NCBI GenBank assembly: GCA_964453405.1 | Contig: CAYVOF010000002.1 | Coordinates: 10,825-74,824 of the forward strand | DNA length: 64,000 bases | From: an uncultured Candidatus Saccharibacteria bacterium | GTDB lineage: Bacteria > Patescibacteriota > Doudnabacteria > UBA920 | Reading direction: 5' to 3' | In this document: positions 58,139 to 64,000 of the stretch, one piece after another | Numbering within the stretch: position 1 is the stretch's first letter | How the letters are laid out: the number at the start of each line of letters is the position of its first letter | The notes under the pieces: generated by a model | Databases searched by the model: none | What the model was told of the DNA's origin: nothing | What the model saw: the letters and a program-made list of their open reading frames with translations, nothing else | Position numbers and translations under genes: made by a program

Positions 58139-58754
58139 ATGTTTTGTTTAATTCTGGGTCAATAAATTTTAAACCTAATTTTTCGCACCACATTTTAGAG
58201 AATCGGTAGAACGCTCCCCCACCATCGGTGATGAAACCATCGTGAATTGGAAAATTAATTTGTGCTTTAATGCCTGCTAAGTAATCTAAAGTTTCGCTGA
58301 CCTTGCTCCACGGCGCGGCGATCGGAATTAAAAGAACTTCCACAGTTTTTGGCGGGGTAAATAACATATCACCTGGATGAAAAATTTTATCGTTTATTAA
58401 ATAGCCGGTGTTTTGAAACTTTGGTAAATCTGGGTGCATAATGGCGTGTTCGTTGCCATAGGCTTCGAGGGTAAAGGTGCCGATTGTGGTTGTAGCGCCC
58501 GCCTCGACAACTTCGCAAGCAATATTATTCTTGTCTAATTCAGCCTTAACTTCGGTGTTAGTAATAATGCGTGGATTATTCTTTAACAATGGTTGCAATT
58601 TTTCCATATCAACATGGTCTTGATGAACGTGGGTAATGATAATTGCGTCCACTGTCAAATCAGGAATATTACTATAGACCCCTGGATCAAATAAAATTTT
58701 TGTTTGGCCATCGTAGAGCAATATGCACGAATGGCCATATTTAGTTATTTGCAT
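58128..58754 (-). CDS. MBL-fold metallo-hydrolase
   Basis: GHSC, FDPG, THVHQDH, HPGD, PIHDG; start set at MQITK. Confidence 0.9.
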   Translation of the reverse strand: MQITKYGHSCILLYDGQTKILFDPGVYSNIPDLTVDAIIITHVHQDHVDMEKLQPLLKNNPRIITNTEVKAELDKNNIACEVVEAGATTTIGTFTLEAYGNEHAIMHPDLPKFQNTGYLINDKIFHPGDMLFTPPKTVEVLLIPIAAPWSKVSETLDYLAGIKAQINFPIHDGFITDGGGAFYRFSKMWCEKLGLKFIDPELNKTYEI

Positions 58755-58810
58755 GATTGACAATTTTTAAAAAATATCGTAAGATTTTATATTACTTGAA
58801 GGAGGAAAAT

Positions 58811-59044
58811 ATGAGCAAAGTTCTTAGAGCTGGGAAATGTTACTGTGACTGTCATCGCCCTGGATCACGCACAATGCATATGGTCGCCTGCTGTCATACA
58901 TGTGAGTTCTGCGGCGAAGATGAAATTACTACGATACATTCGCATAAAATTGTCTGTGAGCGTAACCCAAAAAACGGTGGCACACCAATAACCGTCGAGG
59001 AAAAATATCGAAACATAGCCCTGAGAAAAAAATACTTAGGCTAA
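58811..59044 (+). CDS. Small Cys/His-rich protein
   Basis: TTGACA-17-TAAGAT (58757-58785), AAGGAGG, ATG 58811; CYCDCH..HMVACCHTCEFC..H..VC; terminator at 59044-59070. Confidence 0.75.
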   Translation: MSKVLRAGKCYCDCHRPGSRTMHMVACCHTCEFCGEDEITTIHSHKIVCERNPKNGGTPITVEEKYRNIALRKKYLG

Positions 59045-59078
59045 ACCGCTAATACAGCGGTTTTTTATTTATCCAGAT

Positions 59079-60911
59079 CTACCAACTTCCTCCACCTCCG
59101 CCGCCTCCACCTCCGCCAACGCCGCCCCCACCAAAACCACTTCCTCCGCTAGCTGCGGTGTTCATAGAAGTCACAGCAGATTGCATAGAGCTAGAAAAGT
59201 CGCCGATTGAGCTGGATAGTAAAGCCACATTAAACGCAGCGCCAGTAGAATCATTATACCAAGTTGGCTGTTGATTATAAATTCCTTCAAATTGCTTTGC
59301 CCATTCTTTTTCTACCCCTAACGCTACGGCGTAAGGCAACAAAGCCTCAAACTGTTCTGGTTTTTTGTCCGGTGCATTGGCAAACGCCAAGCGATCTTTT
59401 TCCGCAACTCCAAGATATAATTTTAAACCTAAAATGTATTCGCGCATCTCGGCTCCTTTTTGAGTACGAGCTGGCATTATCAAACCAAAGATAGCAATTA
59501 TCACACCAGAAGCAATAGCGCTAACAACACCTAAAACATCAAACCATTGATACAAAAAAACGGAAAGACCAAACCCTACCAACATAGCTGCCGCAGCATT
59601 TAAATTTCTAATTGTAAAAGGATTATACTTATAATAACCCTCGCGTTTTAAAGCCTTGAATACATCATTAGGCATCTCACGCAAAATATCACCAAAGCCA
59701 AGATTAGTTTTCAAATGTGATAAGTTAACCTCAATTAAATTTTTTCCTGTACTGTCAAATTTTAATTCAGATTTGGATGGTGCAAATATATTCTTAGTCA
59801 ACAAATCACTTAATTCTTCAAAAACAAACAAACCTGTTAGTAATTGTTTGGTTTGCACTGGCAACTTATCATCTGGCTCTTTAAGTTTAATCAATTTATA
59901 ATCCGAACCTTTAAAAAATAATAATTTTTTGGTTTCTATTTTTTCGATTTTAATATAACCCTGAACGGCCAAGTAAATTAATTCCGCCGAAAAATCACGG
60001 TTATCTAATTTACCATCAACCAACGTTCCTATGTATAAAGGAGTCAAACCGGTTGGTGGTTCAAATTGTGCCACAATTGTGCCGCGACCTTTGCCGTCTT
60101 TGCCAAACTTTCGCCACACAAAAAACATAATAATAAAAACGACGACAGGCAAAGCTACAATGCCGTTATCCTTAATAAAGTCTAAAACTTTTTGTTGAGT
60201 GGTTGGTTTGGTGATTGTGCCTGCAGGCATACCAATCACGATGGTAAACCCTTCATTTTGCTTTAGAACATTATCATAATTAAATTGAGGCTGAGCGGCG
60301 ATAGAAGCTGTCTTAAGACAATTTGTGCTATTACTTCCTTTTGAACCGACGTAACATTCCACTTGTATTGCTGCTGCTGGTAAATTAACTAACACAGAAC
60401 TCTTCAAAATTGGCACTGTCCAATCAGTGCCGATTGCGTTCCAGTATAACTCATCGTGATCGGGGAAAAAATTAATGGCTCGAGAAACTGAGTAATTAAT
60501 GTCGTAAGTGTGCTTGCCGATAATAGTCTGATTAGGGTCGCCAATCTTTATGGAAAACTTTCCGTCATTTCTTGTTTTGGTAAATCCAGCCGGAGTACCA
60601 CTGCTAGCGGTTACAGAAATGTCTGAAATTCGTAAGTTAAATTTCCCATAAGAATTATCATATTGATAAGGGATATCTCGAAAAATTCCGTGATGATCTC
60701 TGTCTGCAAAATCATATTCGATATGCTCCTTAATATAAATTTGACCATTTGCTTGCACGTCGATAACCACTTGGTAATTATCAATGTGTTCTACTTTAGA
60801 AAAGTCTTGCTTAAAGGGTTGCTGAGCCAAAACCGTAGTGGTGGTCGATCCAAAAAATCCTAAACCAGCTAAGACAATTAAACTAAAAATTAAAGATTTA
60901 AATGCTTTCAT
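59079..60911 (-). CDS. DUF2207-family membrane protein
   Basis: HGIFRDIP, ELYWNAIG, LPYAVALG, Gly-rich GGGGSW end. Confidence 0.92.
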   Translation of the reverse strand: MKAFKSLIFSLIVLAGLGFFGSTTTTVLAQQPFKQDFSKVEHIDNYQVVIDVQANGQIYIKEHIEYDFADRDHHGIFRDIPYQYDNSYGKFNLRISDISVTASSGTPAGFTKTRNDGKFSIKIGDPNQTIIGKHTYDINYSVSRAINFFPDHDELYWNAIGTDWTVPILKSSVLVNLPAAAIQVECYVGSKGSNSTNCLKTASIAAQPQFNYDNVLKQNEGFTIVIGMPAGTITKPTTQQKVLDFIKDNGIVALPVVVFIIMFFVWRKFGKDGKGRGTIVAQFEPPTGLTPLYIGTLVDGKLDNRDFSAELIYLAVQGYIKIEKIETKKLLFFKGSDYKLIKLKEPDDKLPVQTKQLLTGLFVFEELSDLLTKNIFAPSKSELKFDSTGKNLIEVNLSHLKTNLGFGDILREMPNDVFKALKREGYYKYNPFTIRNLNAAAAMLVGFGLSVFLYQWFDVLGVVSAIASGVIIAIFGLIMPARTQKGAEMREYILGLKLYLGVAEKDRLAFANAPDKKPEQFEALLPYAVALGVEKEWAKQFEGIYNQQPTWYNDSTGAAFNVALLSSSIGDFSSSMQSAVTSMNTAASGGSGFGGGGVGGGGGGGGGGSW

Positions 60912-60921
60912 AAATTAAAAT

Positions 60922-61425
60922 TTACAAACGACCTGCGAATTGACCAACAGCAATTCCCACCACGATTGCTATACCACCCATAACCAAAGTGAAAATGCCG
61001 TCGCGCCATGCCCGAATATGGAATAGTTTGGCATTAAACACGCCCAATAAGAACAGTGAAACCAAAGTTAATCCAATTGACGCAATAACTGCTGCTCTGG
61101 ACGCAGAATAAAAAAATGGTGCTAAAGGAATAAGTCCTGCCAACAAGTATGAAGCAAACATTACAATCGCAGCTGTAAGTGATTTAGTTACGGAGACTTC
61201 GCGTTGGGCTTCGTACTCTTGAACAGATTGTTCCGATAATAAACTACCAACTGCCATCGAAAATGCTTCGACTGAGATCAATACCATCCCAGTAATAATA
61301 ATTTCTTTTTGATCAAGTCCAGCAATAGCAACACCAGCGAGCAAGCCGACTGTCGAAACCAAACTATCCTCTACTCCAAAAGTAAAGTTACGAACAAACA
61401 CTCCGTATTTTTTATTTGTATTCAT
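60922..61425 (-). CDS. VIT1/CCC1 transporter family protein
   Basis: FGVEDSLVST, AFSMAVG, G.IPLAPF. Confidence 0.88.
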   Translation of the reverse strand: MNTNKKYGVFVRNFTFGVEDSLVSTVGLLAGVAIAGLDQKEIIITGMVLISVEAFSMAVGSLLSEQSVQEYEAQREVSVTKSLTAAIVMFASYLLAGLIPLAPFFYSASRAAVIASIGLTLVSLFLLGVFNAKLFHIRAWRDGIFTLVMGGIAIVVGIAVGQFAGRL

Positions 61426-61853
61426 TAGTTTCCTGTACTCCCAAACCGACCATCGCCTCGCTCGGTATCATCAAGCGAATCAACAAAAACTGGTTGGGGT
61501 AAAATAATTTTTTCTATAATAAATTGCGCGATGCGGTCGCCGGGTTTTACTTCAAAATCGGCACTACCGTGATTGGCTAAAACAATTAGAAGTTCTCCCC
61601 TGTAATCAGGATCTATAACGCCGGCTAAAGTATCAATGCCGAACTTTGCTGCCAAGCCAGAACGTGGCGCAACGCGACCATAGTATCCTTCTGGAATTGC
61701 GACAGCAATGCCTGTACTGGCTATAGAAAAACCTTGCGCTGGAATAGTCAGGGCGCTAGATGCATACAAATCCAAACCAACGGATTTACTGCTACCCCGC
61801 GTCGGCAAAACAGCCTGATCATTTAGTTTTTTAAAGGGTAGCTGTTCGTCCAT
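61425..61853 (-). CDS. dut: dUTP diphosphatase
   Basis: GLDL, PRSGLA, GVIDPDYRGE, RIAQ, RGDGRFGSTG. Confidence 0.96.
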   Translation of the reverse strand: MDEQLPFKKLNDQAVLPTRGSSKSVGLDLYASSALTIPAQGFSIASTGIAVAIPEGYYGRVAPRSGLAAKFGIDTLAGVIDPDYRGELLIVLANHGSADFEVKPGDRIAQFIIEKIILPQPVFVDSLDDTERGDGRFGSTGN

Positions 61854-61930
61854 ATCTAGTCTAATTATAGCACTAAACTAAAACCGCCTGGCTTTTAGGC
61901 CAAACGGTAAATTATTAGAACTTTATTTAA

Positions 61931-62395
61931 TTATCGCTTTTTAAACTTTGGGACAAACATTGGAACCCTCCGTTTATATGCACGATAGTCTTCTACAAAT
62001 TTATCTTCAAGGATTCTTTCCTCCAGATTAGCCCAAAAAGATAAAACTATCATTAACCAAACCACGATAGATAACATTTGATATGAAGGGTTCCAAATAA
62101 AAAGAGATAAACCTAAAATAATGTCTGCCAGATACATTGGATGCCTAACTGCAGCATATCTACCTTCAGTTATTAGTTGATCAATATTCTGAGGGTGACT
62201 AAACACTCTAGGATGAACTTTAATAATACTAATATAGACATACGCCCAATTAAGCAAGGCTAAAATGAAAACTATCACAGCAAATTGATTTTGATCAAAA
62301 AAATAACCAACCGGCACGATCTGCCATAATATGAAGCCACCAACCAACACAGTCAACCACATCACCAATGGATGAAATAATTTATTTTTATTCAT
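61931..62395 (-). CDS. Isoprenylcysteine carboxyl methyltransferase/PEMT-family membrane protein
   Basis: L.T.G.Y..VRHPMY, EE..L...F..Y..Y..RVP. Confidence 0.85.
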   Translation of the reverse strand: MNKNKLFHPLVMWLTVLVGGFILWQIVPVGYFFDQNQFAVIVFILALLNWAYVYISIIKVHPRVFSHPQNIDQLITEGRYAAVRHPMYLADIILGLSLFIWNPSYQMLSIVVWLMIVLSFWANLEERILEDKFVEDYRAYKRRVPMFVPKFKKR

Positions 62396-62455
62396 GAAAG
62401 AATTTAATTATTTATATTTTACACTAAATATCACTATTTGAGAATGGAACTTAAT

Positions 62456-63472
62456 TTAAACCACAAAATAATTGTCTTCTACGGGCTTACCATCGGCATC
62501 TTCCACGCGGCGCATAATGTCTTCGAGGTCTTCGTCGGAGAAAAATTCGATGGTGATTTTTCCACCCCGACCTTGGCGCGAAACTTTAACCTGAGTACCA
62601 AACTTGCCCCGCAGTTTTGTTTCGATCGCCATAAGTTTTGGGTCTGGTACAGCAGAATCCACCACTTTGCGCTTGGCAAACTCACGTACCCGAGCCTCTA
62701 CTTGGCGCACGCTCATGCCTTGGTCTAAAATTTGTTTATACATCAACAACTGTTTTTCGATATCAGGAAGAGTAAGAATGGCGCGACCATGACCTTCAAA
62801 AATTTTACCTTCAATAATACCACGCTGAATCTCAGCAGGTAGTTGCAGCAAGCGCATGGTATTGGCAACACCCGAACGCGACTTACCCACCTTAACAGCA
62901 ACTTCAGCTTGGTTAAGCCCGAACTTTTGCATTAAGCGTTGGTAGGCCTGTGCTTCTTCGATTGAGTTTAACTCTTGGCGCTGAATGTTTTCGATCAAAG
63001 CAACTTCGAGCTTGGTTTGATCTTGCAAAGTTTTTTTAACAATTGCTGGAACTCTAGTTAAGCCAGCCAACTGCGACGCTCGAAAACGGCGCTCTCCTAC
63101 TACTAATTCATAACCGGCTTCTGTCTCGGTAACTACCACAGGCTGAATCACGCCATGCTCTTTAATCGAATCCGCTAATTCTTGCAAAGCTTCTGGTTTA
63201 AAAACTTTGCGAGGCTGATACGGATTAGCAACAATTTTGGAAACTTCAATTTCTTGAATAGTACTATCGGTATACGAAACTTTTTCGGAAGGTTCTAAAT
63301 TTATAGTTTCGTTACTTGCTTCGTCAAGATTAATTACATCTGGTGCCAGTGGTTCAGCAATGCTAGGAGTGGGATTATCAGAAACAAAATTATCGCTTGG
63401 AGCTATTGCGCTACCGAGCGATTCATCTTGATTTAAATTATTTGTAATGTTAGTTGGATAGATTGAATCCAT
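62456..63472 (-). CDS. parB: ParB/Spo0J partition protein
   Basis: NPYQPRK, GERRFRA, ENIQR, HTH; start MDSIYP, because the longer ORF runs through the tRNA. Confidence 0.94.
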   Translation of the reverse strand: MDSIYPTNITNNLNQDESLGSAIAPSDNFVSDNPTPSIAEPLAPDVINLDEASNETINLEPSEKVSYTDSTIQEIEVSKIVANPYQPRKVFKPEALQELADSIKEHGVIQPVVVTETEAGYELVVGERRFRASQLAGLTRVPAIVKKTLQDQTKLEVALIENIQRQELNSIEEAQAYQRLMQKFGLNQAEVAVKVGKSRSGVANTMRLLQLPAEIQRGIIEGKIFEGHGRAILTLPDIEKQLLMYKQILDQGMSVRQVEARVREFAKRKVVDSAVPDPKLMAIETKLRGKFGTQVKVSRQGRGGKITIEFFSDEDLEDIMRRVEDADGKPVEDNYFVV

Positions 63473-63480
63473 AAGTTCTG

Positions 63481-63566
63481 TGGTGCCGGTGGTGGGAGTC
63501 GAACCCACACGCCCTTGCGGACAGTGGATTTTGAGTCCACCGCGTATGCCATTCCGCCACACCGGC
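63481..63566 (-). tRNA. tRNA-Leu(CAA), CCA encoded
   Basis: GCCGGTG acceptor stem, GTGGA-CTCAAAA-TCCAC anticodon arm, long variable arm, GGTTCGACTCC, ACCA; upstream TTGCGG-17-TAGAAT. Confidence 0.97.
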
Positions 63567-63622
63567 ATATAAATAATAACTTCCTAATTCTATCAAAAAC
63601 TCTCTGCTTCCGCAAAGAGTAT

Positions 63623-64000
63623 CTAGATAAGCTGACTAACAATTATCCCTATAATTAAGCCGGAAATAAGCGAAAAGATTACGTCTTTAGGGTAGTGATA
63701 TCCAAGCACCACCCTTCCCAAACCAGTTAATGCAGCGATCACAAAAAATAATATCGCGAAAATTGGTTGTGAAATTAGCATGGCACCGCTTGCCGCTGCG
63801 ATTGATATTACATGACTGGAAGGAAATGAATTAGTCGATTTTGTTTCAAAAGACAAAAACATAGAAGTCAGCGGCTGAAAATCAAATGCCTGATATGGTC
63901 GCGACGTTGGAAAGAAAAAAGATAAAATTGGTTTTAAAATTAATCGCGCAATTATAAACGCAACAGCGATGCGGGTAATTAATTTGGCATCAGCTGCATA
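63623..64000 (-). CDS. Partial PAP2-family phosphatase (5' end outside window)
   Basis: Frame open from 64000: ..SRPY..SFPSSH..GRVVLGYHYPKDV. Confidence 0.85.
   Translation of the reverse strand, partial: YAADAKLITRIAVAFIIARLILKPILSFFFPTSRPYQAFDFQPLTSMFLSFETKSTNSFPSSHVISIAAASGAMLISQPIFAILFFVIAALTGLGRVVLGYHYPKDVIFSLISGLIIGIIVSQLI

Noticed and set aside
59079-59150. GC-rich CCx repeat
   Set aside because: It is the normal Gly-rich C-terminus of DUF2207 proteins.
1702-62792. Numerous short antisense or overlapping ORFs in the track (e.g. 1702+, 20291+, 34460+, 39778+, 47561+, 55635-)
   Set aside because: They are shadows of well-supported genes, with no SD, promoter or motif evidence.
62456-63568. 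370-aa ORF-track version of ParB starting MPVWRNG
   Set aside because: The N-terminal 32 codons are a read-through of the tRNA-Leu gene; the real start is most likely 63472.
1-64000. CRISPR array, IS element, prophage, rRNA or alternative genetic code
   Set aside because: No regularly spaced repeats, transposase, integrase, phage structural genes or rRNA sequence were seen. Core ORFs translate fully in code 11, and TGA terminates genes (e.g. 23301, 50347).

Overview
Core-genome segment of a low-GC, small-genome bacterium. The content is most consistent with Patescibacteria/CPR: no rpmD in the spc operon, a split transketolase, an orphan VirD4/TraG-like ATPase, and largely SD-less AT-rich translation starts. 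TGA is used as stop (code 11). Almost all housekeeping genes are on the minus strand: rnhA-recJ; a glycolysis/pentose-phosphate super-cluster (galT, tpiA, rpiB, rpe, tktN/C, pfkB, fba, gap, pgk, eno, gpmI); ruvX, htrA, dnaX; a 1440-aa repeat protein; the S10-spc ribosomal protein cluster to secY; a fragmented str operon (rpsL, rpsG, fusA, tuf); dut, parB and tRNA-Leu(CAA). rpmB is on the plus strand. No transposase, integrase, CRISPR array or rRNA is visible. The most notable observations are: (i) about 14 compact, self-contained single-gene units (near-consensus sigma70 promoter, strong GGAGG-type SD, mostly orphan ORF, terminator usually ending TTTTTTATTT) wedged between core genes, three with the -35 box 3-4 bp back-to-back with a str-gene promoter; (ii) an EF-G with altered G4 (NKIN) and G5 (GGDGRG) nucleotide-specificity motifs; (iii) a small family of long palindromes with a shared GCGAAGC-containing core, one at the missing rpmD position; (iv) a candidate attenuator between rpsJ and rplC; (v) a PvcA/DIT1-like ORF inside the pentose-phosphate cluster; (vi) tandem paralogues with variable C-termini and DnaA boxes at their promoters. 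All family assignments come from motif recognition by eye, with no database searches.
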